Shown one piece after another: positions 46,501-57,039 of a stretch of 64,000 bases of DNA. This DNA comes from Monocercomonoides exilis PA203 (Eukaryota > Protista > Preaxostyla). The translations under genes and the position numbers were made by a program. Location: positions 1,364,001-1,428,000 of the forward strand of contig LSRY02000007.1 in NCBI GenBank assembly GCA_001643675.2, read 5' to 3'. The notes under the pieces are model-generated. The model was not told where the DNA came from and did not search any database. It saw nothing but the letters and a program-made list of their open reading frames with translations. Each line of letters opens with the position of its first letter. Positions within the stretch are counted from its first letter, which is position 1.

Positions 46501-49500
46501 ATCAAATCGAAATTGCATTTCATTGATCTGCGATGTGATGTTGAAACATTCAATGAAAATATCATTCCCCACTTTTGCGGTGTTTGCATTGAACTTCATC
46601 CCCACAAATGAAAAATTCAATTCTCCTCTCTCCTTTGTTGCCAAATATACTCCTCCACCTCTTCCCGTGCTGTCGTTGCAGCTGCAATGGTTGATTGTTG
46701 AGTCAATCATCTTCATTGAGCCAGATGCACCCAATATGAAGAATATTGCTCCTCCTTTTTCACTTGTTTCTGCTTTGCCTTCTGTGATGTTGCTCTCATT
46801 CACAACCAAATAAATCTTTTTTTCGCTCTTTGACTCCAAAATGCTTGCTCCATTGTCACTTCTCTTCACTCCTAAAATTGATGAATTGTCTATCTCAATA
46901 TTTACAACTTCATTTTCTCCATTTGTTTTCAACCCTGATTCAGATTTCTTGATTGACAAAATGCAACCTCCGCTTTCATTCAACGATTTCACTCGAACAT
47001 TCACAAAATGGCAATAGACTCCAGCATCATGAATGACAAAAATGCCGTTTCCAACGTTGCATGATTCAATCAACAAATCATTCACATCCACACTTCCTCC
47101 AATCGCATCCACAAACACACAATCAAATCCATTGTTCACTTCTGCTTCTGAATGGAGCGAACATTCACTTATCGCCAAATCTCCATTTCTGTTTGAAATA
47201 ATTGTTTTGGCTGAATTGTCAAATCCTATTGTTAGTTGAAGTTGGATGTTGGACAATTCAAGATGGTCATCATTTTCCATGAAATATTCCAGTTGACTTG
47301 CAATTGCCTTTTCAAAATTCAATATCGCTTTCACGTTCTCTTCTCTCATATTTACACTCTTTTTGATCTGATAATTGGACACATTGAAAGAATCTCGAAT
47401 GATGGTTGATCCTTCAATCTGAATTGTTTTCTTTCCAATCTCCTTTTTCATGTTTTCCATCCCCTTCCACATCGTTTCACATGGCTCTTCCTCACTTCCA
47501 CAACGAGCCACATCAAATCCTTCAGATGAGATAAATATCTCAAAGGAGCTGTATGGAACGAGGAACATGAATAAGTCCTTTTCTTGATGAAAATCATCAC
47601 TTCCAACAAACAAATTGTTATCATCCTTCATTGATGAATAATCAAATTTGAATGAACTATTTGTCACAGAACTATTCAAATCCTTTCCCAAAATGAACAC
47701 GTTTTTTCCAATGGAAGCTTTGTTATTCTTAAACGTAGATGTTTCCAAAAGAAATGGTTTTTCGCTCAAACAATTTTGACAATCCAAAAACAAGAATCCT
47801 CCTTTTCCATTTCTTGAAGAAAGCGAACAAGATGATGCATTTGTTGATATAATGACCAATTCTTCATTCCCTTGCAATGTCACTTTTGCAACGCCTCCTT
47901 CTTCACCACTTCCAGTGTTCCTAATGTTTGAAAAGCTGCTGTTTTCAAATAAAACAGAAGAAAATATTTCCAATGGTGATTTGACAAATGATGGCCCTGT
48001 TAAACTGCATCCTTTCAATGTGCAACTTCCACTGGTTGTGGTTATCAATGAGTATTGAATGGCCATTGATGATTGGATGTAAAATAAACAGCTTTCAAGT
48101 TGAAGAATCCAGCTCGATGAGATCAATGAATTCATATTTGGCTCAAATTGACTTGGAACCCGCAACTTCAAAGATAACAAGATGAGTGAAACTGTTGATG
48201 AAATAACAGATGAAGTTGATGCAGAATTCCCTTTGATTGTCCCTTCAAAATGAATTGGCTTGTGTTTGGTTTCATCTCCCTCATTCACACACCCATCAAT
48301 CGCAAGTGCATCTGTGAATGAATAGATATCTTCAATTGTCCCTTCATCCCTCACTTTCACTGTCCTTTCTCCTTCTGTCTCACTTCTGTCAATGTGACTT
48401 ATTCCACTCCACATCGATTCGCATGGATATCGATTGCCCCCACATCCCAATGTGTCATGCCCTTCCCTCGACACACATACCTCCATTCTCTTCATTTCAA
48501 CAAGAAACAGCCCAAGATCAACACTCTCTACAAAATAGTCTCTGTCAATCCCTTTCATATCAACTTCCATCCATTCTCCTTCTCCATTTTCATATTTATA
48601 TTCAAATCCAAACCTCTCCTTCGTCACTGTTCCATTCAGTTTCTTGCATGAAATGAACAAATCCCTTCCCTCAGCAGCAACATTGCCTTTGAATATCAAT
48701 GTTGAAAGTGAAAAGTTATTCACACAATCGTCACTCAAATCCAGATATATTCCTCCTCCTCTTCCTCCATTTCCATTCGCAGAGCATTTCAATATGGATG
48801 ATGATCCAATTTCAAGCAAATCATTCAGCTTCATCTCACTCTTCACACACCCTCCACTCACACTTTCTGTCTCAATATCCTCAAATCTGCTTTCTCCAAC
48901 AACTCTCAAACTCGATCCTCCATTCGACGTTATCAGCGATCCTGCTCCCACAACACACCCCAATCCTGTCATGTTCCTCAATGTCACTTCTGATCCACAA
49001 CTCACCATTATCACTCCTCCTCCACTGGTTTCGACCCCATCCAATGAACAGTTCTCAAATATCATATTCCCTCCTCCAAATCTTGCAATTCCACATCCTT
49101 CAAATGTTATCCCATTCATTTCTGTTCTCTCTATTCGAATGACCCCTCCATTCCCAATCACTATCCACTTCCCACACTCATTCACATTTGTATTCCCTTC
49201 TCCTCCTGAAAACAAACAATCCAAAATGAAACATTCCCCAATCCTCGCTTCCACAATCGATTCGTCACCAGTTGCACTTGCAGAGGAGGAGCATGGAAGC
49301 GAAATCTGAAGAAGTGATAAAGTCAAATGTGTTTGCCCATCTCCTTCTGTCAATTCAAATTTCCCTCCCTCTTCAACAGCCAGCTGTTTCTTTTCTTCAT
49401 TCCCTTTGATTGTCAGTCCTTTCCCTTTTCTGTTGATCGTCTTGCTCACTGAAGCAGCACCAACAACCACAATCCTCTCTATCTCATCGTTCAACCGATC

Positions 49501-52500
49501 AAACCCAATATCAACAGATGAGCAAGGATTTTCTTTCGCTCCACAACTTGATAGCCCGTTTCCAGAATTGCTTACAAACAAATCCGTTCCTAACCTTGGA
49601 AACAGATAAATGATCAGTGAGTCTTCTTTTCTTGGTTCAGATGACTCAAGCACCCACATCTTATTTTCTGCTGTGACTCTTGTGGCTGTCCCTTCCCAAA
49701 ACGCTGGAAGAAGCATCGTCCATGGTGATCCACACACCAAATACACATCTTCTCCTTTTTCTGCCACATTGTTCGTGAAAGTGTCATTCTTCAAAGAGTA
49801 TTCAATATTCGTTGTCTCAAATGTCAGATGCAACCCTCCTCCTTTTCCGGTTCTCTCTGAAACTGTGCATCCATTCATCTTGTTATCATCAAACAACAGT
49901 TTTCCTCCATCTCCCACAATCAGAACAACCCCTCCCCCAATTGCGCTCATTGACTCGCATTTGCATTCCTCAAACACGCATTTGTTAATATCCACACACT
50001 TCCCACTCCCCGCTCTCCCATTCAACACCCCTCCATTCCCACTGCCTCTCTGAATCGATTTGAATGTGCAGTTCCAGATTTTGGCATTAATCCCTTCTCC
50101 AATCTCAATCTCATTTCCATTCTCAAAACTCGATTCATTCATTGTTGTGTTCTTAACCTCAACATCTCCTCCATTTCTCAGCTCAAATAAGCTTCTTCCC
50201 ACATTTTGTCTTGTCACATTCCTCACAATCACCTCATCAATCAATCCTCCAACCCCTGCTCCATCAAAAGTCACCATCCCTAATTTGGTCATTCGGATAT
50301 TTTCAAATTCACAATTTGTCAACTCCACTTTCCCTCCTTTCCCACAAATTAATCCCACTCCAATCTCTTCTGATTCTGCTCCAAATGAACATTCCTCAAA
50401 TTTTAATATGTTTGCACTGCACAAAAATACGCACTCCTTTGTTGATTCGGCAAATGTTGATATCGAAAATGCCAATGACGAAAACGAAATTGTTTGTTCG
50501 CTCTTTATCAAAAATACGTTTCCTCCTCCTTCGCTTATTCCAATCTTTGCCTTTCGAATATCTCCATCAATGTTCATTTGTTGAGTGTTGAGTATCATTT
50601 CATCGAAAATAGAACTTCCATCGACAAGTTTCAGTGTTACCGGTAATGCGCCAAAAACACTTGTTCCTGCATATGTCAATGTGGAGCATGGAAAGTCAGG
50701 ATATCCGCAACGATGATAGTCCATCCCTCCATTTCCCCCATTCACATACCCAACACTCGGCTTCTCTCGAAAGAACACCACAACGGGAATCAATTTCAAC
50801 TCATTCCCATCTTCTACTCCCATAAGATCTTTTATGTTGAATCCTTCGCCTTCAATCTCAAATGAGAAGTCAAATGAAACATTATTCACCAATTGATACA
50901 AATTAGTTCCTTCAATAAACACATTGTTTCCTCCATATGCAGCTGTGTTTGCTCCCTCACCTCTTCCAAATATCAATCCACTCATCACAAAGTCCCTTCC
51001 TCCTTCCTCACATCTCAGTAACACTCCTCCCCCATATCCCCCAACTGATCCCTCACCACCAGCTGAACATTTCTCAAATGATGTCACCACTCCACTCTTC
51101 CCCAAACGCATTTCTCCTGTTCCCTTCAATATCACTGCTATCCCTCCTCCACATCCCTTCAATGTTCCACATCCTTCAATCACAACATCATTCACCTCAA
51201 CAGAACATCCATCCCCAACTTCTCCACTCACAACACTCCCATTTCCCTCCAAACTGCTCATCTTCAAAATCGTGCAATTCCACATCCCCAGCTTCTTTCC
51301 ATTTTCATCCCATATCAGTCCTTTCCCTCCCATCACACATTCTTGTGCTGTCACATTCACAATCGACAATGAACTCGATGATGACGAATACTCAATCAAT
51401 CCCTTCATATTTGTTGTTTCCACATTCTCAAGCAAGGTACCCCAAATCGAAGCACCCCCATTTCCATTAATAACAACAAATGGCTTCGATCCAAATTTCA
51501 CTTTTCTCTCACTCCCTCCATATCTCATCCGAATAATCTCCACATTCCCTCCACTTGAACTCACAAAAGCATAACTCACTGCATCCACTCCATTTCCCAT
51601 CTTTATCCCGCAATCAGTAAAACTCAATGTGCCTCCTGAAGAATGAACAAATGATGATCGCTCTCCAATCGATCCTCCCAATTCAAATAATATCCTTGTC
51701 AATGTTGATAAAACACTGTTCATCACCAACGCTTCTTGCATTTTTGTTCCTGTTGCCTCGATTTTTATTCCAACATCTTTGTTGCTCGAAGAAATATCAT
51801 ATGACTGTTCGTCCATTTTCACTTCTTCATCAAATGAAAATGTGCCTGCCAATCTGATCATTCTCTTTGAACTCGAAAACTGAACGTCTCCAACATTCCC
51901 AATTCCTCTGCATGGGAAATCTTCATATCCACACAGCCTGAATTCACTTCCTTGTTCTCTTCCACTCACATATCCTGGTGATGAAAATGTCCGAAGTAAC
52001 ACAACAAGTGGAACAATTAGCTCTGCCTGGCTTCTTTCTCGTCCACAAAGTTCATTCAAGTCTGCAACTTTAATTCCAATTTCTGGATCGAATCCAATTG
52101 AATTGTTGTTGATCACGGCTGACAAATCCTGAGCTTCCATAAACAAATTCTTTCCTTTCCATGCATTACACACTCGAAATGTTATTCCATCAAGCGTAAA
52201 TGATCCTGCTGTTTCATTCAAACTCACATACATCCCTCCTCCCATTCCTCTCCCTCCTCTTGCACCCTCACCAAATGGCACAACACATCCCGATAATTTC
52301 ATTCTCTTCACTTTCATTGTTCCTCCCTTCTCCACTGATATCATCATCCCTCCTCCTTTCATCCCACTTCCACCTGAGCACATCGATGACAAATTGCATT
52401 CTTCAATATTCACATTCCCATTAACGCCCATCACAACAGTCAAACATCCTCCTCCATTCCCACCTTCCATTTCCACTCCGCTCACTCTGCTATTATTCAC

Positions 52501-55500
52501 CTCCAATCTCACTCCATTTGTTATTGTAATTAGCGATTTCCCACTCACTGTCACCGACCCTTCCATCGCAAATCCATCAACAATCAACAGTCCTCCATCA
52601 ATGTTTATAACATTGAATCCTATCATTCCGCTTGTTAATGCACCGCTTCCAAATGAGATTGAACAGTTCATCACACTGAGTGTTGATGTTGAATGGATGA
52701 ATGCACTTCTCCTTGAATTCAACTGGCATTTCACAACAAATGAAAGTCTGCTCATTGTCAGTGAACTCGAACATCCAACAAGCCAGTCTTGTGTGGCTGA
52801 TCCTCCATCGCTCACATTCACTCTCATCCTCTCTCCCTCTGATGATGATGATGCTTTTCTGCCTGAAATTATCACACCAAATGATGGTCCTGTTATTTCC
52901 TTGGTTATTGACGAAGACGAGACAACCTCTATTTCTTTTGAACTTTCACTAAATCTCGAGTTCACACAATAATCAACTGTCAAACACCTGAATCCATCAA
53001 ATCCACAATGGTTGTGATCCATCCCATTTCCTCCACTCCCATCAACAATCACTTTTGTCCCCATTGTGCACAAATACACAAACAGTGGAATCACTCCACT
53101 TTCATCCCCATTTTCACTCCCACTCAGTTTCAACACATCTGATGGAATGGTGCTTGTGTCAAAAAATGAAAATGAGCTTGTATTCACTTTTGACTCAAGA
53201 AACACTCCACTCCGACAATCAACAAACACATCCTTTCCATATGAAGCCACATTCCCATTCACTTTCGAAAACTTCACATTCTGCCCAATTGCCAATCCAC
53301 AACCCCCACTCTCCATCAGCACAAACATCCCTCCCCCTCTCCCTCCATTTCCTCCATTATTCTCTGCCTTATTCCCATCAATCACACTCGTTCCACTCAC
53401 AGCCACTTTCCCATTTCCCTTCAATCCAACATATATTCCTCCTCCCTTTCCTCCAACACAACTGCACTCATTCACATTGCATCCATCAACTGTCAACGTT
53501 CCACTCGTTCCAACTGTTCCTTTCATCCATCCTCCATCTTCACTATTCCTTTTAACTCCACTGATATTGCATCCTGAACATATCACACTTGTCATTCCTT
53601 CATAAAATTCAATGGATGAATGATCATTGAATGTCAGCCCTTCCTCAATCACAAATCGATCCATTTTCAGACTCCCACTCTGCGCATTCACAATGCTGTA
53701 TTCAAAGGCCACACTCGATGTGCTTTCTGATAAATGGGCAACTGAACAGTCTGTGAGTGTGAGTGATGAGCTGGTCAAACCAATGAGCGATGTTGCACTC
53801 GATAACGAAAATGGAATTTGTAACGCAATGTTCTTTATTGAGCTTGCACTCTGAACATTTATCAAATACGATGATGTTATTCCACTCGGTACCTTCACGT
53901 TCACATTCGTCTTGTTAATCCCACAATACACCTCCCATTCATATGATCCCGCCATCGAAACAACTTCTCCCAGCTCAAACCCTGAATCCAACACAATATT
54001 CTTCTTTGACGAGCTGAATCTGTTCTCTGCTGCCTTTGTGATCGTTTTGCATGGAAAATACCAAAACCCACAAAACCATGAGTCATATCCTCCATACACA
54101 TTCACCGCTTTCCCCACATGTGCTGCTCCTGAAAATGCATCCAAAAACACATTCGATGGGAATATTCCCATCCCTCCCTCATTCCGATCATATCCCATCA
54201 ACTCATCATAAATAGTAACATTTCGCGAGAAATTCAGCTTTGCGGCTGTTATTGTCCCACTCACCAACCTGCTCCCATTCACAAACACGTCTTTCCCTCC
54301 CAATGCTGCACCGCAACCAACAAAACTCACTGATGATATCGTAAAATCAAATGAGTTCTCTGCCAGCCACAGCATCACACCTCCCCCATATCCACTGCAC
54401 TTCGTTTTGTTGAATTTTGTTGTTCCTCCGCTGTGCGATGCTGATGTCCCAATTCGAGCTTTGCTTGTTGACGACGCCAACTCAACTTTTATCCCTCCAC
54501 CATTTCCATTCGCTAAATCACACCCTTCCATTGTTGTGTTCCAAACCACAAATGTCTCTCCTGCCTTCACACTTTTTGTCATCACCACTCCATCCCCTGT
54601 TGTCCGATTCACATTCCGAATTGTCACATTTCCCAGCAAACTCTCTCCTGATGACGATCCTGTTGATGATGGTTCAGCAAATAGTGGTTGACTCAGTTTA
54701 ATATTTTTGATCTCCACGTCAATCAACTTTAATTGCTTCAGCGCTACTTCAAACACAGATGACGAGATTCCACTCCCTCCAGATGTCGAAGAGTCAATCA
54801 CAACATCTTCCAGAAAAAGTTTCCCGCTCCCCACAGACACCACAAACACACTCGGTGATGAGCTTCTTGTCGCGTTGTGATCGATCCCCACATGCCCCAC
54901 CTCCAGTTGACCAGTAGATATTCTAAACAGCGTTGTTGAAGAGGTTGAAAGCGATCTCGAACCAATCACACTCACTGCCTTCCCTCTCCCAACAACAGAA
55001 ATCTCCTTTTCCCCAACACTGATCGTCGCCCCTTCACTCACATGCTTCCCATCCAGCAACGTGATTGTCGAGCTCAGCTGCGCCATGCTCGAACTCACTG
55101 CATGCCCCACTGTCTTGCAAGGTGCTGACTCACTCATTCCACACATGTCACTCGAATCACTTCCACTCATCCCCACAAAAAGATTCTTCGTCCACTCCTT
55201 TAACCACCACTTCTTTTGTGTATGCTGATATGTCCAATCACTGCTGGAAATGTAACCCACTCTCTTCTCATTTTTATTTGTTGTGTAAGATTCAATGAAC
55301 GGATTATTCGATGAAAAGATATCATTTTGATCTTGAAAATACACATCGTGGCCATATGGAGTGGAATCAGTGCATATGCAATTGTGGAAGAAGAAGAAAT
55401 AGAAATAAAGATCGATGCTTAGAGCTGTTGATTGACCCGTATAAAAATATAATCCTCCACCAAATGATTCTGCGGTGCACGAAATAAATTGGATGCTCCG

Positions 55501-57039
55501 CATTTTGAATGCAGCAGGAATGTCATTGCAACATATCCCTCCGCCGTATGGATCGAAAACAGAACACGAAGTGAATGAGCACTCAAACATGCAAGCGCTT
55601 TCTCCTTTGCCACTTTCTGTTCCAATACATCCAGATCCAGAAACATTAAAAGAATAAAGAAAAAGTCCTCCTCCATTCCATTTTGCAGAACAGTTCTGGA
55701 ATTCGCACACACTGATCTTGATACAAGAAGTTATATTATTAGCATATATTCCTCCTCCATTATCAATTTCTGATGAACATGCATTGAATGAGTTGTTCCC
55801 AACTTTGAAAGAATTGATTCTAATGCACATAATTCCGCCTCCTCGAAAACGTGCATTGCAATTGTTGAATGAACAATATTGCACAGAAAGTGTTCCTGAT
55901 TCTATGTTATACATGAAAATCGCTCCACCATTTGAAGCTCCATCTTCGTAAGAACTATTTGTCCCAGTTGTTTTTGAGCCATTCCACACGCACCAGGTGA
56001 ATGAATTCGCCCCATTGTCTGCTATCTGTTGTCTCGCTGACTTCAATGGATTCCCTTCGCTCCCATTGACCTCAACATTCTGAGAGCGATAGCACCTGAC
56101 AAATGAGGTGTTCGAGGCAGCAAAGGATGATGAAGGGCTGTTGAGTGAGGGGACAATGCCCCCATCATAAACATCCCACACCGATGAAAATTCACACCCA
56201 ATCATCAGAAATGATGTTTGGCTCGGCCCTTCACCCAGATGTGTTGTTTTCGATGGATTTGTGGAGATGTTGAAGAATTCTAATTGGGAAAGAGAAACAA
56301 AGTGCGATGAAATGAATGGAGCTGAAGACACACAAAAAGAAGAAAAATGAGAAGAACAAACAGAAATGTGGCATTTCTCTGAAATCTCTCCTTCCACTGC
56401 TTTTGAAGAGAAAAGTGGAGAAAATATCTGTTCAGCCGAGGTTGAGGTTGAAGACGAAGTTGAAGACGATTTGAGGGAAATGTTAGTGAATAATCCACAG
56501 CTCCCACACAAATCAAAGGGGGATGTCTCTCTCTCAACTCCAACAACACATCCGCTCACCTCAACAAAACTTCCATCCGATGCCCCGAGCACACTCTCCC
56601 CACCCATTTCCATCAATCCCAATGAATTCAGTTTCAGTGATGAATTGACCCCAACAACACTTCCCTCAACCCAACTCCCACCACACACACCCTCCCTTTC
56701 CCGCATTTTCCACTCATCATGAAAACTCCATTTTTGAACTTTCACAATATCTCCACTTCCTTCATTCCATTGTTTTGTGCATTTCTTCATCGTTCTCCCT
56801 TCTTTCCTGTTCTCTCTCACTCCACCTTCTTTTCCTTCATCATATGTGTCAAACAAATGGCCATCTCCAATTTTGTTGTTTTGAGCCTTCTCTCGCCATG
56901 TGCCTTCAGGATAATCCAATTCTCCTTCTTTCGCTGATTCCTCAACAAACCCTGCTCCATCACTTGTGGCACCATTGCACACGCACTCTATGCAAATTAT
57001 CCACACACAATAAAATATTTTTGACACTGCCACAACCAT
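43594..57039 (-). CDS. Giant (~4,481 aa) intronless type I receptor: signal peptide, 9 CGxxxx(P)C/GGG beta-helix-like modules, TM, Ser-rich linker and degenerate TKL-like kinase C-lobe (pseudokinase)
   Basis: First ATG at 57039 (MVVAVSKIFYCVWIICIECVC). TM LLLIVIAIFAVLFLIVLIVSIIFIV-RWRK. C-terminal LRWKAPELL, AFSIGMMLWECLT..VPF, GERP, ERPSL. No GxGxxG, HRD or DFG visible. Confidence 0.88.
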   Translation of the reverse strand: MVVAVSKIFYCVWIICIECVCNGATSDGAGFVEESAKEGELDYPEGTWREKAQNNKIGDGHLFDTYDEGKEGGVRENRKEGRTMKKCTKQWNEGSGDIVKVQKWSFHDEWKMREREGVCGGSWVEGSVVGVNSSLKLNSLGLMEMGGESVLGASDGSFVEVSGCVVGVERETSPFDLCGSCGLFTNISLKSSSTSSSTSTSAEQIFSPLFSSKAVEGEISEKCHISVCSSHFSSFCVSSAPFISSHFVSLSQLEFFNISTNPSKTTHLGEGPSQTSFLMIGCEFSSVWDVYDGGIVPSLNSPSSSFAASNTSFVRCYRSQNVEVNGSEGNPLKSARQQIADNGANSFTWCVWNGSKTTGTNSSYEDGASNGGAIFMYNIESGTLSVQYCSFNNCNARFRGGGIMCIRINSFKVGNNSFNACSSEIDNGGGIYANNITSCIKISVCEFQNCSAKWNGGGLFLYSFNVSGSGCIGTESGKGESACMFECSFTSCSVFDPYGGGICCNDIPAAFKMRSIQFISCTAESFGGGLYFYTGQSTALSIDLYFYFFFFHNCICTDSTPYGHDVYFQDQNDIFSSNNPFIESYTTNKNEKRVGYISSSDWTYQHTQKKWWLKEWTKNLFVGMSGSDSSDMCGMSESAPCKTVGHAVSSSMAQLSSTITLLDGKHVSEGATISVGEKEISVVGRGKAVSVIGSRSLSTSSTTLFRISTGQLEVGHVGIDHNATRSSSPSVFVVSVGSGKLFLEDVVIDSSTSGGSGISSSVFEVALKQLKLIDVEIKNIKLSQPLFAEPSSTGSSSGESLLGNVTIRNVNRTTGDGVVMTKSVKAGETFVVWNTTMEGCDLANGNGGGIKVELASSTSKARIGTSASHSGGTTKFNKTKCSGYGGGVMLWLAENSFDFTISSVSFVGCGAALGGKDVFVNGSRLVSGTITAAKLNFSRNVTIYDELMGYDRNEGGMGIFPSNVFLDAFSGAAHVGKAVNVYGGYDSWFCGFWYFPCKTITKAAENRFSSSKKNIVLDSGFELGEVVSMAGSYEWEVYCGINKTNVNVKVPSGITSSYLINVQSASSIKNIALQIPFSLSSATSLIGLTSSSLTLTDCSVAHLSESTSSVAFEYSIVNAQSGSLKMDRFVIEEGLTFNDHSSIEFYEGMTSVICSGCNISGVKRNSEDGGWMKGTVGTSGTLTVDGCNVNECSCVGGKGGGIYVGLKGNGKVAVSGTSVIDGNKAENNGGNGGRGGGMFVLMESGGCGLAIGQNVKFSKVNGNVASYGKDVFVDCRSGVFLESKVNTSSFSFFDTSTIPSDVLKLSGSENGDESGVIPLFVYLCTMGTKVIVDGSGGNGMDHNHCGFDGFRCLTVDYCVNSRFSESSKEIEVVSSSSITKEITGPSFGVIISGRKASSSSEGERMRVNVSDGGSATQDWLVGCSSSLTMSRLSFVVKCQLNSRRSAFIHSTSTLSVMNCSISFGSGALTSGMIGFNVINIDGGLLIVDGFAMEGSVTVSGKSLITITNGVRLEVNNSRVSGVEMEGGNGGGCLTVVMGVNGNVNIEECNLSSMCSGGSGMKGGGMMISVEKGGTMKVKRMKLSGCVVPFGEGARGGRGMGGGMYVSLNETAGSFTLDGITFRVCNAWKGKNLFMEAQDLSAVINNNSIGFDPEIGIKVADLNELCGRERSQAELIVPLVVLLRTFSSPGYVSGREQGSEFRLCGYEDFPCRGIGNVGDVQFSSSKRMIRLAGTFSFDEEVKMDEQSYDISSSNKDVGIKIEATGTKMQEALVMNSVLSTLTRILFELGGSIGERSSFVHSSGGTLSFTDCGIKMGNGVDAVSYAFVSSSGGNVEIIRMRYGGSERKVKFGSKPFVVINGNGGASIWGTLLENVETTNMKGLIEYSSSSSSLSIVNVTAQECVMGGKGLIWDENGKKLGMWNCTILKMSSLEGNGSVVSGEVGDGCSVEVNDVVIEGCGTLKGCGGGIAVILKGTGEMRLGKSGVVTSFEKCSAGGEGSVGGYGGGVLLRCEEGGRDFVMSGLIFGRGEGANTAAYGGNNVFIEGTNLYQLVNNVSFDFSFEIEGEGFNIKDLMGVEDGNELKLIPVVVFFREKPSVGYVNGGNGGMDYHRCGYPDFPCSTLTYAGTSVFGALPVTLKLVDGSSIFDEMILNTQQMNIDGDIRKAKIGISEGGGNVFLIKSEQTISFSSLAFSISTFAESTKECVFLCSANILKFEECSFGAESEEIGVGLICGKGGKVELTNCEFENIRMTKLGMVTFDGAGVGGLIDEVIVRNVTRQNVGRSLFELRNGGDVEVKNTTMNESSFENGNEIEIGEGINAKIWNCTFKSIQRGSGNGGVLNGRAGSGKCVDINKCVFEECKCESMSAIGGGVVLIVGDGGKLLFDDNKMNGCTVSERTGKGGGLHLTFETTNIEYSLKNDTFTNNVAEKGEDVYLVCGSPWTMLLPAFWEGTATRVTAENKMWVLESSEPRKEDSLIIYLFPRLGTDLFVSNSGNGLSSCGAKENPCSSVDIGFDRLNDEIERIVVVGAASVSKTINRKGKGLTIKGNEEKKQLAVEEGGKFELTEGDGQTHLTLSLLQISLPCSSSASATGDESIVEARIGECFILDCLFSGGEGNTNVNECGKWIVIGNGGVIRIERTEMNGITFEGCGIARFGGGNMIFENCSLDGVETSGGGVIMVSCGSEVTLRNMTGLGCVVGAGSLITSNGGSSLRVVGESRFEDIETESVSGGCVKSEMKLNDLLEIGSSSILKCSANGNGGRGGGIYLDLSDDCVNNFSLSTLIFKGNVAAEGRDLFISCKKLNGTVTKERFGFEYKYENGEGEWMEVDMKGIDRDYFVESVDLGLFLVEMKRMEVCVSREGHDTLGCGGNRYPCESMWSGISHIDRSETEGERTVKVRDEGTIEDIYSFTDALAIDGCVNEGDETKHKPIHFEGTIKGNSASTSSVISSTVSLILLSLKLRVPSQFEPNMNSLISSSWILQLESCLFYIQSSMAIQYSLITTTSGSCTLKGCSLTGPSFVKSPLEIFSSVLFENSSFSNIRNTGSGEEGGVAKVTLQGNEELVIISTNASSCSLSSRNGKGGFLFLDCQNCLSEKPFLLETSTFKNNKASIGKNVFILGKDLNSSVTNSSFKFDYSSMKDDNNLFVGSDDFHQEKDLFMFLVPYSSFEIFISSEGFDVARCGSEEEPCETMWKGMENMKKEIGKKTIQIEGSTIIRDSFNVSNYQIKKSVNMREENVKAILNFEKAIASQLEYFMENDDHLELSNIQLQLTIGFDNSAKTIISNRNGDLAISECSLHSEAEVNNGFDCVFVDAIGGSVDVNDLLIESCNVGNGIFVIHDAGVYCHFVNVRVKSLNESGGCILSIKKSESGLKTNGENEVVNIEIDNSSILGVKRSDNGASILESKSEKKIYLVVNESNITEGKAETSEKGGAIFFILGASGSMKMIDSTINHCSCNDSTGRGGGVYLATKERGELNFSFVGMKFNANTAKVGNDIFIECFNITSQINEMQFRFDLRENHYSRINAIYGRDSCDYSSDTDLIDFVTIHQGDTIIVSSVNGSNERQCGASTLPCYSVDYGLMHLTSDFISQMFVVEKSTIDGEINLEEMSLSSKSRENCKVEVKSNIEKTKDALITTKTVSLVRVGFVFDSNFISQHESLMSSEGGILEIMNCSFTTKQLIEEGNAEFANIPFHIFNMEKGELQLDGCAISNLILHESALSLSSQLPSVIDSLTICNSTVKTPLIDINECGQLNMEKFHTENITVEGNEESLISCLAMKKTVQLTNCTIGGVSSKTTKGKLMKLEDCTDVKIDSCNFDGSSKERKEKNLNVEQEICRWDGSLVDVVKSSVMMKDTTISNSPDGGITMRGGNVIIEKGEFIDNNQSIEGYPSLRRNIICSNSGTLNVMSLKGGDGLKDNSSLWMLNDGCNFEGIVSERDSSFFIPVLESVETKEEADRMKLTFKGMLLVPCNLSFAVVKRKGEEKDVEKHDFDSSGFLSEREVEGSVAKDLISSCEYEIEVSLSILFGNTESPSSTDLFILKNVSETKANRDERIVEGGNEEKSNLLLIVIAIFAVLFLIVLIVSIIFIVRWRKAKNENKDLREIVNDSVKKDPKLIEMVTMEMSPEAQWRRAEREAEKKNEERIKKRVYDSNMEHSESSEHLLSESGSTEYILGRDSDKIPDWVLEKVDEKEEDDASRKRSPSPSISSTSSTDSDSTFVRTESLCPTTSSMSNLVDAMACSSPHEKLIVDLRDSLFMLLHGLNKTKEMPIGTLKEREQTAAQILFWVANLALHSFDEMENPLSSLSNLSPHIVLFSEHMVICIVMHSDFLSDDDSDSSSISSSTIATSATNDDDSLPSSAFEDEDAFKKECLRWKAPELLMNKKREATKESVAFSIGMMLWECLTLHVPFGEYEAEVAGQKIMNGERPNIGVVECEWGREFVKKCVLGDLTERPSLTDVKRWLIGHFPEEAIIVTATDAIFTED

